Below, piece after piece: positions 49,301 through 63,117 of a stretch of 64,000 nucleotides of DNA; within the stretch, counting starts at the first letter, position 1; each line of letters begins with the position of its first letter. The notes under the pieces were generated by a model, which was not told where the DNA came from, ran no database searches, and saw nothing but the letters and a program-made list of their open reading frames with translations. The stretch lies in NCBI GenBank assembly GCA_964304625.1, contig OZ199838.1:14064960-14128959 (forward strand). Direction: 5' to 3'. The position numbers and the translations under genes were made by a program. This DNA comes from Kudoa neothunni (taxonomy: Eukaryota > Animalia > Cnidaria).

Positions 49301-52300
49301 TGAATCGAAGGATTTTGGAAATTAAGATTGGATCCGAAAAAGTACATGAAATCGATAATCCCCATTTTTTATAAAATAACTTTTTTATAAATTACTTTTT
49401 TCTTGGAACTTTTACGTTTAATTACATCAAATAAACGTTCTTAATTTGCGAAAATAGTTTTGACGCTATTAATTATTAATTATATACATAAGAGAAGAAA
49501 ACGTATAAGTGCATAAAATCGATCACCTACTGTATAATGATCCCCACTTTGTTGATTCATTATTCTGATCAACGCAATAACTAACGAAAATAGAGATTTT
49601 ATATTGCAAAATATTTCGAGTTTTACATGAACATATTCACTTAAAATATCTTTAATGGATTTTCTTTTTAAAATGTATATGCATTTTCATATAAATTTTA
49701 TTAAATATTTTATGCGTCATTTTCTATACTTTGTTGGAGTTTTAATAATTTTTAAAAAATTACTGGGAGGATTTCGACGATGTTTATTTTTAATACTAAA
49801 AATCATTCATTTCTTAGCGATTAAAAATTGTTAATACATATTTTTAAACCACTGCATAATTATTGTACATAAGAAATATTTTAATTAATTACGGGATATT
49901 GGATAAATAATTTTAGTTGAGACATTTATATGTTTGTTCGGATTATGCATAAAAACAAAATTTGGTCCGTGTTAAGTCCATTGAACGCATTAGAGGCTCG
50001 CAAGCTTGAATGGTTAAGAACCATTGCTTTAGGGGTTAATATTGTGTTGTTATGTATAGAATAGTTTCCTTCTAATAAGAATTATTTTTGCCATTCACCC
50101 CTTCTATTCTTTTCTTGACACGCGCTGATACATTTCATTACACCAATTTTTACTGATTAATTGTTGAATTTTTATTAATTAATTATTGAATAGGGTTATT
50201 TGGACGCTAGTTTGATGGCTACTAGAGTGCGCTCATTGGAATACCAACTCGAATTTTATACAAAAGTAGTGTGTTGTTTGGTGCTCCAGCTATGAACCGA
50301 CTAACCGTTAGATGTCCAATGCTGATGAAAGCACTCTTAGATCAAAACTGATTGCAGCTGAAAAGAAACGACTAGTCTTAGAATCTCAATGGAAAGCTGA
50401 TGTCAATAGGTTTGCTTCTGAAGGCGGCGTTTCTCTTAAAGAAGAGCTTTTGCCTATTGTGGACGATATGGATTCGTTCCTTGAATCTATAGATGGTTTA
50501 ATTGAAACACGTAATTTTTTAAAGGAAAATAAAGGTTTGATTATTGTCGTCGAATAGAGTCTAACAACGTGAATGTCTCCAACAACGATATTGACCCTCA
50601 AATTCAAGCCCCTTCTCCTGATTCTATCAATATGTGTTTTTCCAAACTGCGTGAATTGTCAACGCTCATTGGCCAATTATACAACGGTATTCAAATTAGG
50701 TTGGAGTTAATGGCATGGTAACATTTAAAGCTGTTGTTATTGGCTAGTAAAAATTTCATTTTCAATGTACTATGCTCCGGTGGTATTTCCATTTTTAATC
50801 ACCGCGAGGATAATAATTGTAGGGGCGTCTAGTTGGCACATGAAAAATTTAATAAGCACGCGGCGAGCATATTTTAATCATAAAATTTAAAGTATCAAAC
50901 AAATACAAAAAATTTTCTCGACGGTGTTTGCCGCTTGATTAATAGTAATGAAAAAATATATCGTAATGGAATTATTTGTTATATTGCTGATATTTCGGTC
51001 AGAGAATAGATAATGCTTATGGTGTTGATGCACTTGATTATGCTTATGCATCTTTAGGATATCAGAATTTTTGTTAAATGATCCCTTATCCGGTCTTAAA
51101 AGTTTATGAGCAAAAATTAGGTATTTTGAAATTTTTTGTATAACTACTAGCAACGTGTTTTATGTATTCGTATTGAATTTTTGCTGTACTCTGTTTAATC
51201 ATACAAAAAATCCTATGTCATATATTTAAAAATAACAACGATTTCATAGCTTTTCCTGTTTTTGGAAAATTACTGTCATTATTCATTTTTTCGATATTTC
51301 TTTAATGTAAACTGATTGTGGTTTTTTAGATTACTAAAAATATTAATTTAATAGTATTTTTATTATTCCATTTTTTGATTATCCTAAATACTAAAATTTT
51401 AAGAATTTCACCAAAAATGTATTAAATAATTGTTTTTAATTTTAAGGTCTATTTAATTAGATAAATTAAGAAATTCAATCTGACTAGCAACAAATATTTT
51501 ATTGAAAAAAATGCATCAATTTATTCCCAAAATAAATTTGGATAACTGTTCATTTTTTTTGTTTGAAATTTTTATACTTAAATGAACTTTTCTATCTAAC
51601 TTAATAGCTTAATTTTACAAAAAATTAAGAATAATAAAATTAATAACTAATGATGATTCTATCCGTATAATTGTGCCCAGGTAAATCCAAAAATGATGTG
51701 AAACCTCTCATTGAGCAAAAATTTTACCGAAATTCGTACTATTTAGTTATAATTAAATATATAAATTTAGATTCATCCACTTTAAGCGAAACTTTGTTAC
51801 TCGTTCTTTAAAGCTATCCATCCACAAATAAGATGCGTATGATTTGGCGAAAATCAAGCAAAACGTTCCATACTGGATTGTAGTTGTGTAAGGACCGAAT
51901 CTGACTTTATTTTGGCCTCCTCTCATCAATGCTCTTAATTTTTTTTAATTTTTCGGGACTATTTGACGCGATTATTAATTTAATTACGCTGAAAGAGTAT
52001 TAAACTTATTTAATTGTTTCAGAGAAGCAACTATTCTGATTAGATGATATGAATGAAGTTCCATCGGAGCGTCATAAAATTACGGCGCCAGTTTTGTAGA
52101 ATAGATTACAAATTATCTAATTTCAGTAATGAGAATCTCCTTTTATTATGTTATCAAAAGCTAGTTACGCACTCACTTTTATTAAAGAGAATCGATTATA
52201 ACCGTCGTTTTGTAGTTAAGTTCAACTATGAAATGAATACTTCAGAAAATGATATAATTTAGTATTTAGAAGTGTTTTTTGTAAAAACCCAAAAGAATCC

Positions 52301-53042
52301 CGCGACTTAATATTTTTACAAACTAATTTTAACATCCTCAAATCTAGTCATATCATCATTTACTTACCCTCGCCCTTACCTAAATATTTTGTTCTATTGT
52401 CGTAATTTAATCCCTTTTTCCATCATAGGTGATGATAAAAAAGATCCGTTGGATTTGACGTGTGCGGAACAGCTGGCATGTATTTCAAAACTTTGTACTC
52501 CTAATTTGGATTTATCTTCTATTAAAATAGCTGAAAATCAAATTATCACTATGGAAACGATAGATCAGGGTTTAGATATTATAACTAATCATTTGAAGGT
52601 TAGTTTGCTTAAACTTGATCGTTTGATGTCATTCATATTAACCAAAATGTAAAATAGGAGGCGAAGAATAATATTCAAACTCGATCATTGCATCACCACG
52701 TGATAAAAGAGGATGAACTAAGCATTGAATGTTTTAAACGTAAATTACATTTTCTGTTATATTTGAGTTGTTAACGCCATGAATCTTGTTAGAAATCGAG
52801 AAAACTCAAGTTATCACTGATGGTAGTTGTAACCCATTTCTTAATTTGGCCAATTTTTGTAAAAATAAGTTATATGAACTCAAAAATTTTTGTAATATCA
52901 ACTCAAAAGCCCTTTTCAAAGTACGGCACCTTTTCATTGTTGTATTTTTTGGACACTAATTCCTGTTTAGGCAAGTGTTTTAACTTTGACCGCGCTGACT
53001 ATTGTTGGTAGCGTCAGTTATTGGTTTGAAGTGGTTGCTTGA
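46310..53042 (+). CDS. SLMAP: SLMAP-like protein (FHA domain, coiled coil, C-terminal tail anchor), multi-exon
   Basis: PNSHPY...IKIGRA...VLSRQHA...YLKDNNSSNGTYVN...SGDIVQFGADV; RVRSLEYQLEFYTK...ESTLRSKLIA coiled coil; last exon ASVLTLTALTIVGSVSYWFEVVA* (52971-53042). Two large introns at ~47301-50193 and ~50690-52428. Confidence 0.85.
47556..50026 (+). mobile_element. hAT (Buster-type) relic in an SLMAP intron
   Basis: Termini cagcggttcttagcc / ggttaagaaccattg; C-terminal remnant LVTIKTKLQNQL...KQLQTSH* at ~47920-48030. No matching TSD, so the two ends could belong to different copies. Confidence 0.55.
48098..49532. mobile_element. pogo/Tigger-like non-autonomous element nested in the intronic hAT
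   Basis: TIRs cagtaggtaatcgatt / aatcgatcacctactg with TA TSDs; subterminal tagggacc.gaga shared with the 12447 element. Confidence 0.8.
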
Positions 53043-53356
53043 ATTTATACATTTTTATATTAAAAGTCAACAACTAGCTTTGTATTTATTGTTTTTATGC
53101 CTTAGCCGTGTTTATTTTCATTTTAATTGTGCTTTCCAATATGTTCCATTACTGATCCAATCTAGCCGAATTATCCAGCGTACAGCAGGGTGTCCACTGC
53201 TTGGGTTTTTTGTGGTCACCTTGGGTTCTTGGTTTTTTTTCATTTTTCTTTAAAATCTGGGGGTTTTTGTAATTATTGAATTTGAATAAATTAACGTAAT
53301 TCTTCATGATGTAAAGTATGTCCTTGATACTTTTTTATCACGTATCACGCAACAGT

Positions 53357-54345
53357 GGTATTGGTAAAGTATGCGGCACCTAAAAATCGCCGCCTTACGC
53401 ATGTTTTTTCATATTTCTTTTTTTACAATTGTTCATAATAAAATAAAAGAATATGGAGAGCGAAAATTCAACTCAAAATAATAACTATAATTTCAAGAAT
53501 TTTCACCTGAAAGCGGCCGGATGCCGGATATACGTGTAATCTGTATCTTTTTTCAACAAAACAAACATTGAATTATTTCGTTTGTTTCTTAGTTATTAAC
53601 TTCAAAATTATTTATTATTACTATTTAGATTTTTTACAATTGATATAAACTAACTTTAAAAATAAACTTTGTGCAAGTTTCACAAAAACTTCTCAGTTTT
53701 GTTGCTATAAAGAAATGCTTTGTGAACTTTCAAATATAAATATTAAATGTAGCAAGTTTTGTTTTAGTTTATATTCTTTTTAATAAATTTCGTTTTTAGA
53801 AATTAAAAAATTATTCAGTTTTTATTGTTAAAATTTTAAATTATATTTTTATTGTTTAATAAGTTTTTTTGTGTCAAAATTTCCAAACAACAACTTCGAC
53901 GAAATAGACTGAGAATATTTTGAGATGTTAATACAATATGCTAACCAAGGTTATTTTTTTCAGTACATATATAATTCACCCAAACTAATAATTTCATAGA
54001 AACCCCAGTTTTGGGGTTTTTAGATTTTATTATAACAACATTATTACGTTTATCGAATGCCATATTAAAGGCAAACGTAAGGATTACTTTAATAAAGTGA
54101 TAACTTCTTATAATCAACCTTGAATGAATTATCTATTGAAATTAAATGTTTACCTAAAATATAGTGTTGATTTATTACTAAAAAACTCATCAGTTCGAAG
54201 AAAATTAAGAAAATTCATTTTGATAGCAAAGGGTTGTCTTTTCGTTTTTAAACTATTCACACTTAAACCTGAATAATTGACTTTGATATTGTAACATTTA
54301 TGTTTATATGATAACAAATATGAAATATGACCGATTTATGAATAA
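53357..54345. mobile_element. Long-TIR element copy, truncated on the right by a Helitron end
   Basis: Homology to 35900-37038 stops abruptly at 54345. Confidence 0.8.
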
Positions 54346-55000
54346 CTAGCGCAAAAGCCCCGCTTCGCATGGATTTCCTTGCCCGGCCAGGTAGACTATA
54401 GCCTTGAGTGGGCCAAGGTCATTTGAAGTTCAAAGTAAATTAAGAGTATTTAGATCAATAGTACAAAGATTACCCAATTAACAGATGATTTATTTAATTA
54501 ATTGGACACATGAACCTTACTTAATATTTTTAAAAACGAATCAACACTACTGAGCGTTTAGATTTCCTATTTAGAGCCCCTAAAATATCGGTTTTCTCCT
54601 TGTTGTTGCCAGTAATCTCTAAATCATACCATATGAATCTGACTTATCCTGTTAAACATCAACAATTGAATTTCATATTAATGCTTGGCTACATAACCTA
54701 ATATTACCTTCCTTATTTGAGCTATTTTAATTATTAAATTACATTTCAATAATTTTTAAGCAAAATAAACACTATGGTACGTTTAAAATTAACTTTTAAA
54801 ACTTTAACAAAAGATCTATATGTTTGCATAAATCCATCAAATCAAACCAACCATACCACGGGAAAATGTTTTTAGTCATTTTGCAGGATGCAAACCTTTT
54901 GTACTTTTTTTACGTACTTTTATGTTAAAATAAAATTTTATCTTCCCATATGTGTTCTCAAATGGAGTGATATATCTCTCTATAAGGAATGAAAAATGCG
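54346..55000 (-). mobile_element. Helitron-like 3' end (extent uncertain)
   Basis: Minus strand ccatgcgaagcgggg hairpin followed by cttttgcgCTAG|T. Confidence 0.5.
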
Positions 55001-55007
55001 TACACAC

Positions 55008-56323
55008 TAGGGTTGCTAGAATTGGTACATTCGTATCAAAATGGTACTTTTCACCTTCAAGGCAAAAATTTACACATATATTTCGAATAGCCCGAAACAT
55101 TTGAGTGAATACAAGGAATTTCAAAAGATAATATATATTTGTCCTAGAAAGATATTACGCCCTTGTAGCACGAGATGGTTGTTACTTGAACAAGTCGTCG
55201 CTAGGTACTTGATCAATGGAATGCACTTAAAATGTTTTTCACTATTGCTGCATCAGAAGATGGTTTTGAAACAGCAAAATTAATAAATCATAAACTAAAT
55301 AAACCAATCAATCATATGTATTTTGAATTCTTAAACTTTATACTCCCGATAGTGAACAAACTTAATCATGAATTCCAATCAGAAACCTTTCGAATACACA
55401 AGCTAAAAAATTCAATGAGTGTTACAGTAAAAGCCATTGTCAGCTTATTTATGAAAAGAGAAATCATTAAAAACGTGGATATTTGGAACATTAATAACCC
55501 TTCAAATTATCTTCCATTAGATAGTGTTTGTCGCGGATCCAAAGTGACTTGCATTTATACAATGAATTCTAACATAATAAATTCGCGAGAATATCTCCAA
55601 CATAAAATAAATACATTTAATTTCTATATTTCCTTAACAAATGAAATATTTTATCGATTTCTTTACAATAATTCACTTAAGGAACTTGAATTGTCTGAGG
55701 CAATGGATCCAAGTAGCGTGAATGAAGGTAATCCTGAGTCTATCATACCCCTTAAAGCAAGATTTCCCAACCTTATATCAGATGAAGACTACGCCAATGT
55801 GGACATTGAAAGGAGGCAATTAACCCTCGAAGACTCAAATTTCTTTTAGATAAGTGATCCCGAAAAATTTTGGTACGATGTATCAGAAAAAAATTGGCGA
55901 TGTTCCTAAATATCCATTAATTTCAAAACTAATGATGAGCTTGCTCTCATTACCTTATTCTTCCGCTTTTGCCGAAAGAATATTTTTCCAATTGAACATA
56001 ATCAAAATGAAAAATAGATCATTATTGAAGACCGAAACATTAAACAGCATGATTTATTCGAACAGTTAATTTATAATACAGATTGTACAAAATAGAACCC
56101 GCCTGAAAATTCAGTAACAGCGTTCATAGAGACAAAACTTTATGAAGATAACTGTAATGAAACAATTTCATTTTAGATAGATTCAAAAAAATTTTAAATA
56201 ACTACGTTTTTTTTCTCCTTAATCTCATTTTTGTGCAGATTAACTGTTGAGACGTTTTACTTGATTTTGGTACGTTTTTCAAAAATTGTTGATACTTTTT
56301 TCGCTAATCTTCTGGCAACCCTG
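55008..56323 (+). mobile_element. Internally deleted hAT transposon
   Basis: TIRs tagggttgctaga / tctggcaaccctg; KILRPCSTRWL...QWNALK and the dimerisation domain YPLISKL...LSLPYSSAFAERIF. Confidence 0.9.
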
Positions 56324-59300
56324 GTTATCACCGATAGTACGCAATTTTTTAAGTTCCCGAGGGGATTACATACTAACGGATACCTAATGTATATAAAATC
56401 CTTTGTCTGTCAATGTGGGCCCACAAAGTGCGCATGTGCCACGGAGAAACTTTGTTTAATTACAGCTTTTAATTCGCATTTGAATAATTGATACCATTAA
56501 TAAAAATCGTTCATTTATTGAGAAGTGAAAATATAATCAATATCGGTATCAGAAGTAAGGAATTTTCTGGTTGGTTACTCATATAGCAGATTAAAAATTA
56601 CCTGCATAATATTGATGTTCATTTACGTCGGAGCGATAATCAATTAGAATGAATTTTCACTCATTATACACAAAGGAGATCTGTTAATTTTAGTATAGAA
56701 TGTTTCAAACATGCTACATACGCCTGTTTGGAGTAATTTTAAGATAAATAAAACTATTAACGTTACATTTACAAGAGTTTTGGCATTTCGCTTAAAAATT
56801 AGTAACCTATTACGTTTTTTTAAATTAAAGATTCATTTTTCAAGCATTATAGATACATTTTAACCAATAAGATTTATGATAATTTGAAATAAAACACAAC
56901 TTGAGATTATAAGTTGTTGCCATCAATGAATAATTTGGTAGTTCTATAAGCATCCTAAAACCGACGTAAGATGTGTGTAGAGCTTTCAAATAATTAAATT
57001 TTTGTAATAGCTTCTTAAATGAAAATTATGCTCTATTGGAATTCCTTAGATGTGAAAATTTCTTATCAAAAATATCGATTGAGATTAAAACTATATTCGT
57101 CTTTTCGATAAGTTTCTATATTTGACGAGATAATTTTTTAATTAATGTTTAAGTTCTTAGTAACCTAATTATTCCTTATCCCCAGCCAGACCTTAAGGTT
57201 AATATTCAAATCAATATATAATTTTCTTTCCGTTATAAATAATTCATTATGCTATAAAATTTGCTTGAAAATATGCGACACCGTATTTTATACGTAGTTT
57301 GAGAATTTATATTTACGATTGCTTTTGCACAAAATACAATCCCCTCTCAATATGTGCCGTGTAAGTTAATCAGGAATTATTGATCTATTCGACCTAACCG
57401 ATATTTTCACAAAGTTTCCGTTAATCTAAGAATAGTTCAATACCAAGATATTTTTTAGGGCAGTCAAACGGTACGTTATTTCTAAAAGGGTGCACTCCTT
57501 CGAGAAAACCAGTTGATATTTAAGCATTACTGTAATTCTTCAAACCAAAAACACCCTTACATTTTAGATTTAATCGTATTTTGTTAATTAAATTTGTATA
57601 TTTTTGAACCAATATGTATTTTTGTTAAAAAGAGAGGTTTCATTTATTCAAAAATCGTGAAATTATGTTAAAATAGTGAATATGTAAGCTATCACTCAAA
57701 GCTTATTAGAATCTCATTAACATCCTTTATAAAATTGCAAAAAAGGGGTAACAATTAATATTTATATTTCGGAGGTATCTTAGGTTGATTTTATTTTTTT
57801 ACCGTTTGTAGACTAATGATAAACTTAATAACTAGTAAGATTAATTTTTATCGCGAAATTTTGAAAGAACTGAAAGTCCTATTTACGTTACTTAATGATT
57901 TTGTTTAATAAATAAATGAACTTTAATCGTTAATTACATTTCTCTTAAAATTAAGATCATTATATTTTTGGTTATAATTTGTAAAATAAACTTAAAAATA
58001 CTCATTAATTTCCCTCAATACCTTTTTATATTTGAATGGGAAATGCATGCATAATTTCGCTTTTCTAAATCGACACATTGCAAAAATAATGACAAGCTTT
58101 AAAATGCAACAATTAAAATAAAAAAATAAAATTTACAGGGTTTTACGTGTTAATTAGATTAAATCGCTCGTAGAATTTCTTCATTCAAAAATAAAACTTA
58201 AAGTTAAAATTTTCCATCACATACTAACAGGAAAAGCTGAGCATTAGCGCTAGCGATTAAATATAGTCAACTATAAAAAATGAAATATGTATACAGTTTG
58301 TGAGTAAGAGTTATTGGAATTAAAAATGGGCATTGCACAAGCGTACATGTTGTTTACGATTAAAAATTTTTGGGTGTCAATAGCCTCTACCACTTAAAAA
58401 AGATTTTATATGCCTAATGTAAGAAAGATTAAACTTTATGTGTAGATATAATTTAGATGGTTTACATTGCAGTAAAATCGCATCCATATTTAAATTTTTA
58501 TGATTTTCTTTTCTTGAATTAAAAGCTTAATTAATTAAATAAAGGATGGTAGTTTATGTCAATAAACGTTCAATTAGAAATAAACAATATAATCCTATTA
58601 CAAAAAGCTTTTATTCCACATTAACTAATTTAAATAAAAAAAACGTCTGCTATTATATGAATATATGGAAATTTCATTATTGAAAATGAGAAAAGGAGTT
58701 TTTTAATTCTTTAAGGGTTGAAATCTTTATAAGAATGTTTCTAAGGAACAAATTCCTTTTTGTACGTGAGCACTTCTCCAGGAACGCACATTGACATATA
58801 CAAGAAATTTAAATCAGGTTCTGGCCTGTAATGGTTGTTCTTTTTAGAAGATTATTTTGAGATGATGTTTTTATGGAATTCATGTTTTGTTTATCAACAA
58901 TTAATAACTAATTTCGCATCTATTACTTTTATGTGTAATTCTTATTGTTTAAGTGATATGATAATTTTATTACCTATTTTAATCCATTTTATTCGGATCA
59001 TTGAACATCATCAAAGGAGGGGAATCGTCGACTAATCTAGTGATAAATGAACAGAGTGTGTAGTGTGAATTCTAAGCGATTAAGTTGCAATAGTAAAAAT
59101 ATTAAAATATTAAAACCTGTTTTCTTAATATTTTTTTGATTATATCAACAAAAGATCCATTTTGATAGACTGTAAAGTTAGCAACCAATTAAACGACTAA
59201 ATTCTCGTAATAAGAACAGATTATCTACTCTAATCAGCTTAGTTCCTATTCCCTAATATTTCTACTCCAAATGAATGAACTCATAAATATCTATTTCAAT

Positions 59301-59937
59301 TCCATTTATACAATAAGTTATTGGCGTTACACCAATAGATTTTTAATATACACAAGGAAAATCACACATACGCCTCATCAGCCTTAATCCTTTAATTGGA
59401 GGTTAATTGATTTAATTAGGTAGGCGGATAATTATTATTTAAAAATGGCTATCGAATTGGTCCTTACCTGCAGCTATTAAAATATGTAAACAACATAAAA
59501 TAAATCATTTAATTAATTATGATCGTTAAATCATTGTTTAATTAAGTTAATTAACCTATACAGAGAATTGTATATTTTTAACACCTGGTCAAGGCGCTAG
59601 TACCTAATTAAAAATAGGGAAAAAGGGAAAAAATTTTATTTTGTAGCTTATAATTTTTTTAAGTATTATGAGAATATACTTATGTCCAATCGGCACAGAA
59701 TATTCTATCATAATGTTCGAATAAAAAAATGACATAATCCTATTTTTGTTATTTACCTTTTATCGAAGCAATTAATGTAGGCGCCTCAAAAATCTAATTG
59801 ATTGCGCTCAAATTTAGTGGGTTGTTGTTGGTCTCTGACATCTATCATTGGTTATTATACAAGTAATTTGACGGAAATAACGCAAACATATTAAGTTTGA
59901 TTCTAGGTATTCTCTTTGTTGAAACACTCTGAAATCC

Positions 59938-61596
59938 ATGGATCCATACCTTAAAAGCCAACATCCCGTGGGTTTCAACGCTTCATTTTATGAAAACAAC
60001 TTTTACCCAAGAAGCAATATTATGATGTCTAGCAATTATCATTCTAATTGCACTACTACAAATACGGATACAGTATGGTTGATTAGAGTTTATTTTTATT
60101 AAATATACATAGGTTGATCCCAACTATATTCGACCCGCTCAAAATTCCCTTGATGGTTTGATTTCGTTGACCGACAACTATTATTTAAGAAAGTGTAATT
60201 AGGTTTTGACGTAGGATTAAATAACAAATACGTACTTATTTAGTGAACAATAATCAATTCTGCAGCAACAATACCGTCCAATATATTAGCAGCAATCAAC
60301 ATTATCGAGCGTTGGAGGCAAGAAATGAGTCGCATCCACCAAATGAGGGAGTTTTCCTCTCATCTGCAGATAAAACTGGAATTGGCTACAATACTTTATA
60401 TTTTAACAACTGGTCGACTGCAATGAATTCAACCGATGAAGTTAAGGACGAAATCAATCTCTACTCGTCGTTAGCCAATTCAAATAACAGTAGCAGTAAC
60501 AGCCCTATATTTTTCTCTCCTCCAACCGACCAAAATTTGAATTTCATGAATCCAAATATGGGGACTGTGACTGTAGACTCAGTTCCCACATCTTATTCAA
60601 ACTTTTTAACTACATTAAAATATGGTATTCCAACCCCATCGAATCAATTTCCAACCCAAAGGTACCCAAAGTGTTTTATCGTTAATTATTATTTTCTAGC
60701 TTAAATGGAGAAAAAATAATTCCTCCACATAATGGATTGTTGAATCAACAGGGATTTATTCCCAGCTCGTTCGATATCAGTATTAATGGAAAGTTCCTTA
60801 CGTTTCTTACAGAATATTTAGGAAGTAATTCTGTGGGAATAGGAAGCAGGTTTCCATTGCAATATATTTCACATTATTGGTAAGTAGAAGTGTTGTTATA
60901 ATAGGAATTTGATTAATGAGCAAAATATAGTGATAACGATGCTTTAGTAATGGGTAATGGCGATTGTGGAAGCGATCTCAATTTTAATCTAACTCCATCT
61001 AATGGAATTAATACTTTTGGGAATGAAAACAATGAAACTTCATTTACAAGTTCGAGTAATTGAAATGACTTTTACTATGTTTGTTTTGGCCGGTTTTGAA
61101 ATTATTGTATCATTTAGCTGTAGCCACTACAAAGAGATGCAAAAAGTCAAACAGTAGCCAAATCTCCGTATCAATCGGTATAACTATTACGATTTTTCTA
61201 ACGTCTACTACTTTATCTAATACAATAGATAAAAGGTCTAGTCCATTTATTTGTGATTATAAGGAATGTGGGAAAGTATTTAAAAGAAGAGACGATCTCA
61301 AACGGCACATCAAAATGCATTATGGGGGAAAACCATTTGCATGCAAATATTGCCGAAGTTCGTTTGGTAGAACCGACCATTTGAGAACCCACATGAGAGT
61401 TCATTCGGGGGAAAAACCTTACAAATGTTTGCTCTGTGAGAAAGCCTTTAAAAGATCTGATGAACGAAGTCGGCATTTTTTATCTCATGACAAGAAAGAA
61501 GGCTTAACGCCTGGCTCTACTAAACAAAAACTTAAACTCAAAGGTCTACTTGAAAAAGTTTATGTGGCAAGAATGAGCTCACAAAAACTTAAGTGA
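59938..61596 (+). CDS. EGR: EGR-family three-finger C2H2 transcription factor, multi-exon
   Basis: Finger helices RRDDLKRH / RTDHLRTH / RSDERSRH with GKPF and GEKPY linkers; RSDER in finger 3 is the EGR signature. The N-terminus is low-complexity N/S/P-rich and split by short introns; ATG at 59938. Confidence 0.85.
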
Positions 61597-62615
61597 ATCA
61601 CTCGCCCATAATTGGTCCCTCTATTACCAGATCCAATTATTTCATATTACGAATTTTATAATTATTATATTTTATCTTTTCAATATGCTTTCTATTACTA
61701 TATTTATTTCTTGTTTTTCAGCGTATTTAACAATTTATCGTAATAACGATTTTAAGATATTAAAATTTTCCTGATTATAACCTTTTTTTGCAAAAAATGG
61801 ACCAGTACAACAATAATTTTATTTATTCAGGAGTTTTCTGTATTTTGATTTGCAATAATTTCGACCACTTTACAGTAATAGTTATTGTGTTCAAAAATAC
61901 AGTCTACCAATTAATATTTAATTAGAAAAATAATTTAGCATAACAAAAACCACTTCAAAAATATATTGTATTAAAATAACTGATTTTTAAGTTAAAAACT
62001 ACTACCAATTTTTTAAATATAAAAACTATAATATAATATTTTGAGCAGTCAAACATATTTTTGGTCATTTTATCGTGTACGAAAGTAACAAGCGATATTT
62101 TCTCTTGATTTGACTGAGGGATTATAATTAGTGAACGTAGTTTTCGATTAAAATCATTTTTAGTCGAGGAATTTTTAAAAAGATTCGACGTTTATTTTCC
62201 GGGAAAATTCGAAATCTTTCGGATAAATAAAATGGGGGTAGTAACTAGAGGGAAAATGATATTTTTAGTTGAATGGATCGACGTAGAGAATGTGGAAAAT
62301 GAAAATCCCTGTAAATATTGCATCGTGAAATTATCTCTACAACAAAGTAGAATTTAAAAGCAAATAAACTCGATGAAAAATGATAAAAAAAGGCGTTTCA
62401 AAACACTTCTTTTCCGGTTATTTTTTAGAGACAGAAAAAATGGCAAAATTGTGAAAATTTTAATTTCTGTTATTGTTCTCAGTGTTCTTCTGCTTTCGCT
62501 ATTTGAAAAAAATATGTTGGGGAGGAGGTTGTACCAATTTTTTTACGTAAAATGTTTTAAGAATTGCGCATGCGCGCTATTGAATCAACCAAAAGAAACG
62601 TGGATTTTAGTCGTC

Positions 62616-63117
62616 AGCCTGAACTATATGGCATAGTGATGTTAGGTCGGGATCACATACCTTGAGGTTGCGGGTTCGATGCCTAGTCCGGGCGTTTATG
62701 TACTCCTAATCCGAAATTAAATAGGAAGACTGTAGTAATCGCAAGGATCTACGATTTATCGTGGTCTTGTTTGCAACTGGGAAGGTAACCTCGCGGAAGG
62801 GTAGAACTCGGACGCTCATAAGCGCCTGGGTACAGGAACGAAATACAACCCAGTAGGGGATTTTCATAGAGCTGACGCCCGCATGCTAATGACTTTCCCA
62901 GACTAATTCTGGGTTAGTCCAGGGTGTGGTTGGGATGGTATTTGCTCCGAAATAAGGATGCTCAGCGGGTTAAAATCCCACACTACAGCATAAACGTAAG
63001 TCGCCCTAATATGACACTGTGGTGCCTAAAGCGTAAATGGAGAAGGCCTATAACCAGTCTGAACTTCGCAACCTAACTAGTTGCACCATGTGTTTGACCT
63101 TGTAAACAACAAAAATA
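62616..63117 (+). mobile_element. tRNA-derived SINE, family A, with TSD
   Basis: A box ~62629-62641, B box GGTTCGATGCC at 62673-62683, A-rich tail; 13-bp TSD gattttagtcgtc at 62603-62615 and 63118-63130. Confidence 0.92.

Noticed and set aside
62616-62695. tRNA-like sequence as a functional tRNA gene (also the heads at ~14425-14502 and ~41795-41870)
   Set aside because: The cloverleaf is imperfect, the copies differ, there is no oligo-T terminator, and each head continues into a SINE body.
62920-63112. Known self-cleaving ribozyme in the SINE tail
   Set aside because: No hammerhead core (CUGANGA...GAAA) and no twister or HDV consensus is visible across the three copies.
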